In this document: piece after piece, positions 28,390 through 38,480 of the stretch
How the letters are laid out: the number at the start of each line of letters is the position of its first letter
How positions within the stretch are numbered: position 1 is the stretch's first letter
NCBI GenBank assembly: GCA_051867275.1
Contig: JBJDYK010000127.1
Location: 3,495 to 67,494 of the forward strand
Source: Faecousia sp.
Lineage (GTDB): Bacteria; Bacillota; Clostridia; Oscillospirales; Oscillospiraceae
DNA length: 64,000 bases
Direction of reading: 5' to 3'
The notes under the pieces: generated by a model
Told to the model about the DNA's origin: nothing
The model's database searches: none
What the model saw: the letters and a program-made list of their open reading frames with translations, nothing else
Position numbers and translations under genes: made by a program

Positions 28390-29319
28390 TTAGCTGCGCA
28401 GCCAGCTTTGAAAACGGCTCCAGAGACTGGGCGCTGCCTTCTCATTGGCGGGGGAATCGGAATCATCTTCTTCCATAGCTTCCCTGGCGGCTACCTGATT
28501 GGCAAAGAGCTTCTCCGGGGAATGAGGTCGGAAGTGCATGACAATCAGAATCACCAGGGACACGGCGCAGCACAAAATGCCCAGCAATTGGCTGACCCGG
28601 ATGCCGGTACCCGGAATGTACAAACTGTCCGTCCGCAGACCCTCGATCACGGCCCGTCCCGCGCCGTACCAGGCCAGGTATTGCAGGGCCGTCTGCCCGT
28701 CATATTTCCGGTTTTTGGACAGGTGATGGAGGAACAGGAAGCCCACCAGGTTCCAGAGAGATTCGTACAGGAAGGTGGGGTGGACATAAATGGTGTAGCC
28801 GCTGGTGTGGGTCAGGCCCATGCGCAGGAAGGATTCGGTTTCGGAGCCGAAGGCCTCCCGGTTGAAGAAGTTGCCCCACCGGCCAATGGACTGGCCGATG
28901 AGAAAGCCCAGAGACACCAGATCCAGCACGGCGGCAGGCTTGATCTTTTTAACCAGGCAGAATACCAGAGTACCCACAGCCGCGCCGATGACGCCGCCAT
29001 AGATGGCCAGGCCGCCCTCCCAGATATACAGGACGGAGATGGGGTTGTCCGCGTACATCTCCCAGGAGAAGATGCAGTAGTAGGCCCGGGCGCAGACGAT
29101 GGCGAAAGGTGTGACCCACAGAACGCCGTCCAGCAGGTCATCCTCGGAAATACCGAAGGACTTGCACCGGCGGCAGGCGTAGACCACCGCCAGACACAGG
29201 CCCAGGGCGATGATGACGCCGTACCAGTGGATGGTGAAGCTGCCCAGAGTCAGCCCCCGGGAGGGGTTCAGGGAGATGCCCAGCCCGGGAAAGGAAATTT
29301 GCTGGTAGGTTAAAAACAT
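28390..29319 (-). CDS. lgt: Prolipoprotein diacylglyceryl transferase
   Basis: HWYG, GGLAIYGG, GRWGNFFNREAFG, HPTFLYES. Confidence 0.96.
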   Translation of the reverse strand: MFLTYQQISFPGLGISLNPSRGLTLGSFTIHWYGVIIALGLCLAVVYACRRCKSFGISEDDLLDGVLWVTPFAIVCARAYYCIFSWEMYADNPISVLYIWEGGLAIYGGVIGAAVGTLVFCLVKKIKPAAVLDLVSLGFLIGQSIGRWGNFFNREAFGSETESFLRMGLTHTSGYTIYVHPTFLYESLWNLVGFLFLHHLSKNRKYDGQTALQYLAWYGAGRAVIEGLRTDSLYIPGTGIRVSQLLGILCCAVSLVILIVMHFRPHSPEKLFANQVAAREAMEEDDSDSPANEKAAPSLWSRFQSWLRS

Positions 29320-29334
29320 AAATAATACCTCCTG

Positions 29335-30603
29335 TTACCTGGGCAGGACTACAGACATGGCGCAGTTGTCCCGGCCAACGGCCTGCCGCAGGAATTGTTC
29401 CACCTGCTCCTGGGTAACTGCCTCGTATTGAGCAGGGAAGTCCAGATATTGTTCCTCGTCAAAGTGTGCGGCGCAGATGCGGAAGCACAGACTGTCGAAG
29501 CTGTCCAGGCTCCGGAAGCGTCGGCCCAGGGCGGATTTTTTCAGACGCAGGAAAAGTGCCTGGTCGATTCCCTCCCGGGAAATCCGCTCTGCCTCCTCCC
29601 AAATGGCCTGCCGTACCGCCTCCGGGTTCCGGCTGTCGCCGCCGCAGCTCAGAAGGGCTACGCCGGGCAGATCCTCATAGCCCGCGGCGAAGGAGCCGTC
29701 AATGAGCCCCTCCCGGTACAGCCGCAGATACAGCCGGGAGGACTCCCCCATGAGGGCCTCCGCCGCCAGATCGCCAATGATCTGCTGGTGGACGCAGGCC
29801 GGCCCTTTTCCCGGCCAGGGACATTTGAAGCCAAGCTGGAAGGTGGGCATGGCCACATCCATGACCCGGCGGGAATCCCTGCCCTGACAGACCATGGATT
29901 CCGCTTCCCCATAGTCCCGCACAGGCATTTCTCCGGGGCCATCGGGGAAGAAATCCCGGGCGATGCGAACCACCTCCTCCGGGTCCACATCTCCCACCAC
30001 GGTCAGAATCATGTTGCCCGGATGGTAGAAGGCCCGGTAGCAGTCATAGAGGGTCTGGGCGGTGATATTCCCAATGGATTCCTCGCTTCCCGCAATGGGG
30101 ACCCGAACCGGATGATTGCGGTACATGGCGGAAAACAAATCTTCATAGACCTTGCTGTCGGCATTGTCCTCGTACATCCGGATCTCCTGGCCGATGATGC
30201 CCCGCTCCTTTTCCACGGATTCCTCCGTGAAATAGGGGGTGGACACAAATTCCAGCAGCAGCTTCAGGCACCGGTCAAAGTGCAGCGTGCAGGTGAAGTA
30301 GTAGGCGGTCATGGAGTAGGCGGTGAAGGCGTTGGGGTTGGTGCCCAGCTCCGCGAATTCCGCCGAAACATCCCGCCCGGGCAGGTCAAACATCTTATGC
30401 TCCAGATAGTGGGCCACCCCGTCGGGGGAGACATGGGTCTGGCCGCCCAGGGAGTAGCGGGTATCGATGGAGCCGTAATTCACCGCAAGATAGGCGCATT
30501 TTTTGGAAAAACCCGGCTTTTTCACAACGGCGATTTGCAGGCCGTTGGGCAGGACCTGGGTATAGAGTGCCTCGTCCAGGGCGGGATAATGGGTTATACG
30601 CAT
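29335..30603 (-). CDS. M16 family peptidase (YfmH/YmfH-like)
   Basis: PDGVAHYLEHKMF (HxxEH), NAFT, KERGIIGQEI. Confidence 0.9.
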   Translation of the reverse strand: MRITHYPALDEALYTQVLPNGLQIAVVKKPGFSKKCAYLAVNYGSIDTRYSLGGQTHVSPDGVAHYLEHKMFDLPGRDVSAEFAELGTNPNAFTAYSMTAYYFTCTLHFDRCLKLLLEFVSTPYFTEESVEKERGIIGQEIRMYEDNADSKVYEDLFSAMYRNHPVRVPIAGSEESIGNITAQTLYDCYRAFYHPGNMILTVVGDVDPEEVVRIARDFFPDGPGEMPVRDYGEAESMVCQGRDSRRVMDVAMPTFQLGFKCPWPGKGPACVHQQIIGDLAAEALMGESSRLYLRLYREGLIDGSFAAGYEDLPGVALLSCGGDSRNPEAVRQAIWEEAERISREGIDQALFLRLKKSALGRRFRSLDSFDSLCFRICAAHFDEEQYLDFPAQYEAVTQEQVEQFLRQAVGRDNCAMSVVLPR

Positions 30604-31868
30604 GCGCTGACCCCCTTCAGGAAATAGATGGTGTCCAGCCGGAGCTGCCGTGCAACCCGGGCGGCGTCCTGCCTGGTGACGGCCCGAACCGCCTCCATAT
30701 AGGCCTCCGGCTCCAGGGAGAAGCCGCTCAGCAGCCGGAAGGCGGCATAGTCCTCCATCCGGCCCACAGAATCGGGAATGGTCCGCAAGCTGGAGAAAAT
30801 GGCCTCCTTGGCGGCGGTCAGCTCCTCATCGGTGATCTGCCCTTCTCTGCACAGCTCCAATTGATGCAGAATCTCGTCCAGAGCTTGCTGATAGTGATCC
30901 GTGTCAATGCCGGAGGACACGGTGACAATGCCCTTTGCGCCGTAGACGGCGGAGCTTACATAGTAGCACAGCGACAGCTTCTCCCGGACGTTCTGGAAGA
31001 GCTTGCTGGTCATGTCGCCGCCAAACAGAACGTTCAGCACCATGAGGGCCGGGAAATCCGGGTCCCGGGTGGTGATTCCGGCGGTAAAGCCCATGGCCAG
31101 CTTTCCCTGAGTCAGGTCCATGGTTTCCTCCAGATACTGAGGCTCCTGCCGGGGGCGCATGGGGGAGAAGGGGAGCCGGGCCATTTCCTCCCGGGGCAGG
31201 GACGAGAGCATCTGCCGGAGAATCCCGGCCACGGTTTCCACCGGCGCGCTTCCGGCGTAGAAGATTTCAATTTGGGAGGTGGCAAGAATTCGGTGGTAGT
31301 GTTCCGTCAGACCCTCCGGGGTGATGGCCTCCACATCGGACACCTCTCCAAGCCGGGGGACGCCGAAGGGGTCGTCGGCGCACATGGCCTGGAGCATTTT
31401 CATATCCGCGTAGGCCCGCTTGTCATTGAGGGTCGATTCAATGGTGTTGATGAGATTGTCCTTCTCCAGAGCCACCACCTCCGGAGAGAAGACCCCGTTT
31501 TCCAGCAGGGGGTCCAGCAGCAGCTCTCCCAGCAGCCGGACGGTTGGCTCCAGTACCTGGTCTCCCCGGAGGGCGAACCGATCCTCCAGACAGCTCATGA
31601 AGAAGCCCAGGGTCTGAATCTGTCCGTTTTTCCGAACCAGGGGACCCAGACTGGCGCCGTATAATTCATCCAGGGCCAGAGAAAGACTTTGAAGGTCAGG
31701 GTGCAGCCGGGAGCCCTGCATCAGCACGTTGGCCAGCAGTGCGTTTTTGGCGGCCTCCTCTTTGCACAGGGGCCGCAGCAGGCTTAGACTGAGACAGGCG
31801 CTTTTGAAGCGGGTGGTCTGCACCGCCTGAAGACGCACCCCGGGCAGCAATGTTATGGATTCAATCAT
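30594..31868 (-). CDS. M16 family inactive subunit (YfmF/YmfF-like)
   Basis: LDELYGA, SKLFQNVREKLSLCYY; no HxxEH; overlaps partner gene. Confidence 0.88.
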   Translation of the reverse strand: MIESITLLPGVRLQAVQTTRFKSACLSLSLLRPLCKEEAAKNALLANVLMQGSRLHPDLQSLSLALDELYGASLGPLVRKNGQIQTLGFFMSCLEDRFALRGDQVLEPTVRLLGELLLDPLLENGVFSPEVVALEKDNLINTIESTLNDKRAYADMKMLQAMCADDPFGVPRLGEVSDVEAITPEGLTEHYHRILATSQIEIFYAGSAPVETVAGILRQMLSSLPREEMARLPFSPMRPRQEPQYLEETMDLTQGKLAMGFTAGITTRDPDFPALMVLNVLFGGDMTSKLFQNVREKLSLCYYVSSAVYGAKGIVTVSSGIDTDHYQQALDEILHQLELCREGQITDEELTAAKEAIFSSLRTIPDSVGRMEDYAAFRLLSGFSLEPEAYMEAVRAVTRQDAARVARQLRLDTIYFLKGVSACV

Positions 31869-32019
31869 GGTTTCCATCCTTTCGGCAGTTGCCTATCGGA
31901 ATTATTATATACCATTTCTCCCCAAAGGGAAAGAGGATTCTGAAAAAACCTGCTAAAATACGAACCCCGGCTGCGGCAATGCCTGCAACCGGGGCAATTT
32001 CGTGGGAGATAACCTGTGA

Positions 32020-33281
32020 TTATACCTGGAATCGGAAGGGACTGCCGTCAAAGGTGGCGAAATAGTCCGCCGGTGTTTCGGCTCTGCGGATGAGCTGGAA
32101 GCTGCCGTCAGGCCGCAGCAGAACCTCGGCGGAGCGGAGCTTGCCGTTGTAGTTATAGCCCATGGAGAAGCCGTGGGCGCCGGTGTCGTGGATGACCACA
32201 AGGTCGCCAACATCGATGGCCGGAAGGCTCCGCTCGATGGCGAATTTGTCATTGTTCTCGCAAAGACCGCCGGTGACATCGTAAACGTGGTCCAGGGTCG
32301 CGTCCTCCTTGCCGAGAACGGTAATGTGGTGATAGGCGCCGTACATGGCGGGCCGCATGAGATTGGCGGCGCAGGCGTCCAGACCGATATACTCCCGGTA
32401 GATGTGCTTCTGGTGCAGTACCGTGGAAACCAGGTGGCCGTAGGGAGCGAGCATAAATCTGCCCAGCTCCGTAAAGATGGCGATGTCGCCCATGCCGTTG
32501 GGGGTCAGAATCTGCTCATACTTCTGACGCACCCCCTCGCCGATGGCGTGAATGTCACAGCGGGGCTGCTCGGGCCGGTAGTCCACACCCACACCGCCGG
32601 AGAGATTTACAAAGGAGATATGGGCCCCGGTGGCGTTGCGCAGACGCACGGCCAGGCGGAACAGATTGCCAGCCAGCTCGGGGTAATACTCATTGGAGCA
32701 GGCGTTGGAGGCAAGCAGAGCATGAATACCAAAATGCTTTGCACCCAGCTTCATCAGGCGGCTGATGGCACCGGCCATCTGGTCCTCAGTCATGCCGTAC
32801 TTGGCATCCCGGGGCATATCCATAATGGTGTTGCCCAGGCTGAAGGAGCCGCCGGGGTTATAGCGCAGGCAGACGGTTTCCGGGATACCGGCAACACGCT
32901 GCAAAAAGTCAACGTGGGTGGCATCGTCCAGGTTGATGTAGGCTCCCAGCTCCCAGGCCTTCTTCATGTCCTGCTCCGGGGTGACGTTGGAGGAGAACAT
33001 GATCTCATGTCCCGTGACCCCTACGGCCTCTGCCATCAGCAGCTCGGTGTATGTGGCGCAGTCGCAGCCGCAGCCCTCCTGGTGAAGAATCTGGAGGATG
33101 TAGGGGTTGGGAGTGGCCTTGACGGCAAAATACTCCTTGAAGCCGGGGTTCCAGGCAAAGGCTTCCTTCAGTGCCCGGGCATTGGCACGGATTCCGGCCT
33201 CGTCATAAATGTGGAAGGGGGTGGGGATTTGGCCGGCGATTTCCCTGGCCTTTTCCAGTGTGAGAAACGGTGTTTTTTCAT
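32020..33281 (-). CDS. lysA: Diaminopimelate decarboxylase; ATG is one base out of frame
   Basis: PTPFHIYD, FAVKA, NLSGG, ELGR, CENND, GAHG; ATG 33281 after GAGG reads ATG-AAAAAA-CACCG, one base short of MEKTPF/MKKTPF. Confidence 0.9.
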
Positions 33282-33349
33282 ATGCAGCCTCTTTTCCAAA
33301 AGAATAAACCCTGTGCCAATGAGCGCAGGGCGACCACATACGATTCACC

Positions 33350-33517
33350 CCACGGTCAGCGCTCCATCCGTCAGGATGACAGTCCTGCACATCTTCTGTA
33401 CAGGCCCAGAGGGGAGAAACGCGGCAGTCTCTCCACTCTTCGGTGCGCAGCCCTTTCACGCTCCGGCAATTGCCGGATCCGGAGCGATACTGATGCAGCA
33501 CGCGACCTCAGCCATGG
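33350..33517 (-). ncRNA. Lysine riboswitch (L-box)
   Basis: Minus strand GAGGUCGCG, AGUA, GAAAGGG, CCGAA, ACUGUCA, UGGAGCGCU with P1 CCAUGG/CCGUGG; upstream of lysA; hairpin plus U-tract downstream (~33293-33331). Confidence 0.9.
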
Positions 33518-33527
33518 TTCTGTTAGA

Positions 33528-33556
33528 ATTCTAGCGCAGCAAGGAAAATTTGTCAA
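33528..33556 (-). promoter_or_regulatory. Sigma-A promoter for riboswitch-lysA
   Basis: TTGACA-N17-TAGAAT on minus strand. Confidence 0.8.
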
Positions 33557-33641
33557 TCCTTTTTTTGCACCGTTCCGCTGCAAAGCCGAAAAAACGGCGT
33601 CGGAACGGATGCTCCGACGCCGGAATGCCTGGACGTACAGT

Positions 33642-33860
33642 CTATTTCTTCCCAAACAGGCCGCCCAGAGCGCCGCCCAATTTGTCCAGGCTGATCTTGG
33701 CCTTGATACCCTCAACCAGCTTCTCGATCTGGTCGTTGGGCAGATCCACGCCCAGCAGACCCTCCACGGTACCCACAGGGTCCTTCTGGAACTTGTCGCC
33801 CAGGGATTTGTCACTCTTGATTTTGGAAACCAGCTCGTCGATTTTTTCCTTAATGTTCAT
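33642..33860 (-). CDS. Small hypothetical protein (72 aa)
   Basis: RBS AGGAAGGAG; DPVGTVEGLLGVDLP, GGLFGKK end. Confidence 0.8.
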   Translation of the reverse strand: MNIKEKIDELVSKIKSDKSLGDKFQKDPVGTVEGLLGVDLPNDQIEKLVEGIKAKISLDKLGGALGGLFGKK

Positions 33861-33932
33861 AGCGGTTACTCCTTCCTTTTAAAATCAGGCCGCCGGTGGA
33901 TGCCGACGGCCTGTTTGTAAGAATCGGGTAAA

Positions 33933-34934
33933 TTACAGGCCCAGAGCCTCGGCCACAGCCACGGCGACGCTGACGGTAGCGCCGACCATGGGGTTGTTGC
34001 CCATCCCTAAGAAGCCCATCATTTCCACATGAGCGGGGACGGAGGAGGAACCGGCGAACTGAGCGTCGGAGTGCATACGGCCCATGGTGTCGGTCATGCC
34101 GTAGGAAGCGGGGCCGGCAGCCATGTTATCGGGATGCAGGGTACGGCCGGTGCCGCCGCCGGAAGCCACGGAGAAGTACTTCTTGCCCTGCTCGATGCAC
34201 TCTTTCTTGTAGGTGCCGGCCACGGGATGCTGGAAGCGGGTGGGGTTGGTGGAGTTGCCGGTGATGGACACGTCCACGCCCTCGGCGTGCATGATGGCCA
34301 CGCCTTCCCGGACGTCGTCAGCGCCGTAGCAGCGGACGGCAGCCCGCTCGCCCTCGGAGTACTTGAACTCCTTCACAACCTTCAGCTCGCTGGTGTAGTA
34401 GTCGAACTGGGTCTGAACATAGGTAAAGCCATTGATCCGGCTGATGATCTGGGCAGCGTCCTTGCCCAGGCCGTTCAGGATGACCCGCAGGGGCTCCTTA
34501 CGGGCCTTGTTGGCGGAGCGGGCGATGCCGATGGCGCCCTCGGCGGCGGCGAAGGACTCGTGGCCGGCCAGGAAGGCGAAGCACTTGGTCTCATCCCGCA
34601 GCAGCATGGCGCCCAGGTTGCCATGGCCCAGACCGACCTTCCGGTCCTCAGCCACGGAGCCGGGGATGCAGAAAGCCTGCAGGCCGATGCCGATGGCCTC
34701 GGCGGCCTCGGCGGCGTTCTTCACGCCCTTCTTCATGGCGATGGCGGCGCCCACGGTGTAGGCCCAGGCGGCATCCTCAAAGCAGATGGGCTGAATGTTC
34801 TTGGTGATGGTGTAGGGGTCGAAGCCCTTGGCCTGGCACAGCTCACGGCACTCCTCCACGGAGTTCAGACCGTACTGGGCGAGGACACCATTGATCTTGT
34901 CAATTTTTCTCTCGTAACCTTCAAACAAAGCCAT
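33933..34934 (-). CDS. GGGtGRT protein (function unknown)
   Basis: SVASGGGTGRTLHPDNM, FLAGHESFAAAEGAI. Confidence 0.93.
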   Translation of the reverse strand: MALFEGYERKIDKINGVLAQYGLNSVEECRELCQAKGFDPYTITKNIQPICFEDAAWAYTVGAAIAMKKGVKNAAEAAEAIGIGLQAFCIPGSVAEDRKVGLGHGNLGAMLLRDETKCFAFLAGHESFAAAEGAIGIARSANKARKEPLRVILNGLGKDAAQIISRINGFTYVQTQFDYYTSELKVVKEFKYSEGERAAVRCYGADDVREGVAIMHAEGVDVSITGNSTNPTRFQHPVAGTYKKECIEQGKKYFSVASGGGTGRTLHPDNMAAGPASYGMTDTMGRMHSDAQFAGSSSVPAHVEMMGFLGMGNNPMVGATVSVAVAVAEALGL

Positions 34935-34949
34935 TGTGCAGTCCTCCTC

Positions 34950-35642
34950 TTATTCGTGGCGGGGGTCAATAAACCGGGCGGCGTTATCGAACTGACCGTA
35001 GTGGCCCTTGGCCTTCTCCAGAGCAACGTTGGCATCGTCGCCCTTCTTAATGAAGTCCATCATCTTGCCCAGGTTCACGAACTCATAGCCGGTGATCAGG
35101 TCATCGGCGTTGAGGGCGATCCGGGTGACATAGCCTTCGGCCATCTCCAGGTAGCGGGGGCCCTTGGCCCGGGTGGCGAACATGGTGCCAACTTGGCTGC
35201 GCAGGCCCTTGCCCAGGTCCTCCAGGGAAGCGCCCACTGCCAGGCCATCCTCAGAGAAAGCGGACTGGCTGCGGCCATAGACGATCTGCAGGAACAGCTC
35301 CCGCATAGCGGTGTTGATGGCATCGCACACCAGGTCGGTGTTCAGGGCTTCCAGAATGGTCTTGCCGATGAGGATTTCGGCAGCCATGGCAGCGGAATGG
35401 GTCATGCCGGAGCAGCCCAGGGTCTCCACCAGAGCCTCCTCGATGATGCCCTCCTTGACATTCAGGGTCAACTTGCAGGCACCCTGCTGGGGAGCGCACC
35501 AGCCCACACCGTGGGTGAAGCCGCTGATGTCCTTGATCTCCTTAACCTGCACCCACTTGCCCTCTTCGGGAATGGGAGCGGGGCCGTGATAGGCACCCTT
35601 GGCCACGGAGCACATATTCTGTACTTCTGCACTATAAATCAT
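34950..35642 (-). CDS. IscU/NifU-N-like protein partnering GGGtGRT
   Basis: HGVGWCAPQQGACKL, GCSGMTHS, LNTDLVCDAIN. Confidence 0.85.
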   Translation of the reverse strand: MIYSAEVQNMCSVAKGAYHGPAPIPEEGKWVQVKEIKDISGFTHGVGWCAPQQGACKLTLNVKEGIIEEALVETLGCSGMTHSAAMAAEILIGKTILEALNTDLVCDAINTAMRELFLQIVYGRSQSAFSEDGLAVGASLEDLGKGLRSQVGTMFATRAKGPRYLEMAEGYVTRIALNADDLITGYEFVNLGKMMDFIKKGDDANVALEKAKGHYGQFDNAARFIDPRHE

Positions 35643-35691
35643 GGCAATATTCCTTTCTTTTCAAAGGCCGAAAGCATTCGGCCCAAAGTAT

Positions 35692-35752
35692 ATCTTTCAT
35701 GGAAGCATGTGCTTCCATGAAAGATTATACAGAAAAAGGGGTCCATTGTCAA
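35692..35752 (-). promoter_or_regulatory. Consensus promoter with a perfect 16-bp inverted repeat over the start site
   Basis: TTGACA-N17-TATAAT (35752-35724); ATCTTTCATGGAAGCA-TG-TGCTTCCATGAAAGAT at 35692-35725. Confidence 0.8.
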
Positions 35753-35858
35753 TGAATGAGAATGCAAAATGGGGAAGATTTTGTTCCCTTGTTTTTGGGC
35801 AAATTGCGTCTTTGCCGTTTGCCTGCCAACACAATGTTCAAATTTCCGTTTTCCCTCT

Positions 35859-35994
35859 GTAGGGGCCGGATACATCCGGCCCGGTGGTACAAATTGATTC
35901 AAACTGCGCACCTGTGCGAATCCGCAACATCATGCGTTTTTCCGGTTCTGCTCAGTTTCGCTGGGTTTGCGGGCCGGATATATCCGGCCCCTAC
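35859..35994. repeat. REPIN-like element (family B)
   Basis: GTAGGGGCCGGATACATCCGGCCC ... GGGCCGGATATATCCGGCCCCTAC inverted pair. Confidence 0.82.
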
Positions 35995-36038
35995 AGGTGA
36001 TATGCGATAAATTCCAATTTCCGATTTCCCCAAAACAT

Positions 36039-36071
36039 AAAAAAAGGAAAGCAGGCTTGCGCCTGCTTTCC
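36039..36071 (-). terminator. Terminator after ilvE
   Basis: A-tract then GGAAAGCAGGC-TTGC-GCCTGCTTTCC. Confidence 0.85.
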
Positions 36072-36085
36072 AAAAATTCCTGCAA

Positions 36086-37159
36086 TCAGGGGAGCTTTAC
36101 GATCCAGTCGTGGGGATCGGGACGCTCGCCCCGCTGGATGCCCACCAGGGTGTCGTACATATCCTGAGAGATGGGGCCGATGTTGCCGCCGCTCAGGAGC
36201 ATCTCCTTGCCGTGGTACTCCAGCTGGCCAACAGGGGAAATGACGGCCGCGGTACCGGTGCCGAAAGCCTCGGTGAGCTTGCCCGCCTCATAGGCATTAA
36301 ACAGCTCCTCCACGCTGATGGGACGGACCTCCACGGGGATGCCCTTGTCCTCGGCCAGCTGCAGGATGCTCATGCGGGTGATGCCAGGCAGGATGCTGCC
36401 CTGGGTGGGCGCGGTGACCACCTTGCCGTCCATGACAAACATCATGTTCATGGCGCCTACTTCTTCCACATACTTGTTCTCCTTGCCGTCCAGCCACAGC
36501 ACCTGGTCATAGCCGTTCTTGGCGGCGTCGCTGGCGGCCTTCAGGGATGCGGCGTAGTTGCCGCCGGTCTTGGCAGCACCGGTGCCGCCCATGACGGCAC
36601 GGACATAATGGTCCTCGATGTGAATCTTCACAGGGGCCATGCCGTTCTTGTAGTAGGAACCCGCGGGAGAGCAGATGATGTAGTACAGGTACTTCTTGGA
36701 GGGATGGACGCCCAGCTCAGCACCGTGGGCGATCATGGTGGGGCGCAGGTACAGAGAGGTGCCCTTCCGATGGGGAACCCAGTCCTTCTCCACTTCCACC
36801 AGGGCCTTCATAGCCGCCACCTGGAACTCCTCGTCCAGCTGGGGCATGCACATACGCTCCGCGCTGCGGTTCATACGCCGCGCGTTTTCGATGGGACGGA
36901 ACATCTGCAGTCCTCCGTCCTCCCGGCGGTAAACCTTCAGACCCTCGAAAATCTCCTGGGCGTAGTGCAGCACGGGAGAAGCGGGGTCGATGCTCAGGGG
37001 GCCGTAGGGTTGGATTCTGGCGTCATGCCAGCCCTGACCCTCGGTGTATTCCACGATGAACATATGGTCGGTAAACAGCTTGCCAAAGCCCAGAGAGGAC
37101 TCGTCCTGGGGCTTGAGCTTGGGTGTCTGGGTTCTGATAATGGGAATATTAGGCTCCAT
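36086..37159 (-). CDS. ilvE: Branched-chain amino acid aminotransferase
   Basis: GFGKLFTDHM, LHYAQEIFEGLK, KTGGNYA, EEVGAMN, ILPGITR, GTGTAAVI. Confidence 0.96.
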   Translation of the reverse strand: MEPNIPIIRTQTPKLKPQDESSLGFGKLFTDHMFIVEYTEGQGWHDARIQPYGPLSIDPASPVLHYAQEIFEGLKVYRREDGGLQMFRPIENARRMNRSAERMCMPQLDEEFQVAAMKALVEVEKDWVPHRKGTSLYLRPTMIAHGAELGVHPSKKYLYYIICSPAGSYYKNGMAPVKIHIEDHYVRAVMGGTGAAKTGGNYAASLKAASDAAKNGYDQVLWLDGKENKYVEEVGAMNMMFVMDGKVVTAPTQGSILPGITRMSILQLAEDKGIPVEVRPISVEELFNAYEAGKLTEAFGTGTAAVISPVGQLEYHGKEMLLSGGNIGPISQDMYDTLVGIQRGERPDPHDWIVKLP

Positions 37160-37182
37160 AATTGTACCCCTTTCGGTTGTTA

Positions 37183-37722
37183 TCATCCTTCAACGCAGGC
37201 TGCGCCGCGGCGCAGAGCCTCGATGTTCAGGTCCACCAGCTTTGCCTTGGGGCCGGTGAACATATGTACCAGCATTTCCTTGATGGTCTCCACGCCCAGG
37301 TTGCCCATGGCCTTAATGTAGGCACCCAGCATGACCATGTTGGCCACCTTCAGGTTGCCCAGCTCATTGGCGATGTCCAGGCAGGGCACATAGACCGCCT
37401 TTACATCGGTGCGCTGCACCTTCTCGGTAATGATGGAGCTGTTGACGAAGATGGTACCGCCGGGAACCACCGTAGGCTCAAACTTCAGAAGAGACGGCAG
37501 GTTCATAGCGATGAGCTCCGTGGGCTCCAGAACGATGGGGCAAACGATGGGATCGGCGGAGATGACGACGCAGCAGTTAGCGGTACCGCCGCGCATCTCG
37601 GGGCCGTAGGAGGGCAGCCAGGAAACGTCCTTGCCCTCCTTCATGCCGGCCTCTGCCAGCGTCTTGCCGATGGCCATAACACCCTGCCCGCCGAAGCCGG
37701 CAATCATAATTTCGTTGGTCAT
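37183..37722 (-). CDS. 2-oxoacid:ferredoxin oxidoreductase gamma subunit
   Basis: AGFGGQG, PSYGPEMRGGTA, ANMVMLGA. Confidence 0.92.
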   Translation of the reverse strand: MTNEIMIAGFGGQGVMAIGKTLAEAGMKEGKDVSWLPSYGPEMRGGTANCCVVISADPIVCPIVLEPTELIAMNLPSLLKFEPTVVPGGTIFVNSSIITEKVQRTDVKAVYVPCLDIANELGNLKVANMVMLGAYIKAMGNLGVETIKEMLVHMFTGPKAKLVDLNIEALRRGAACVEG

Positions 37723-37725
37723 GGT

Positions 37726-38475
<750 letters not shown>

Positions 38476-38480
38476 ATCTC

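Noticed and set aside
33282-33501. N-terminal extension of the lysA ORF
   Set aside because: This is the riboswitch leader, not coding sequence
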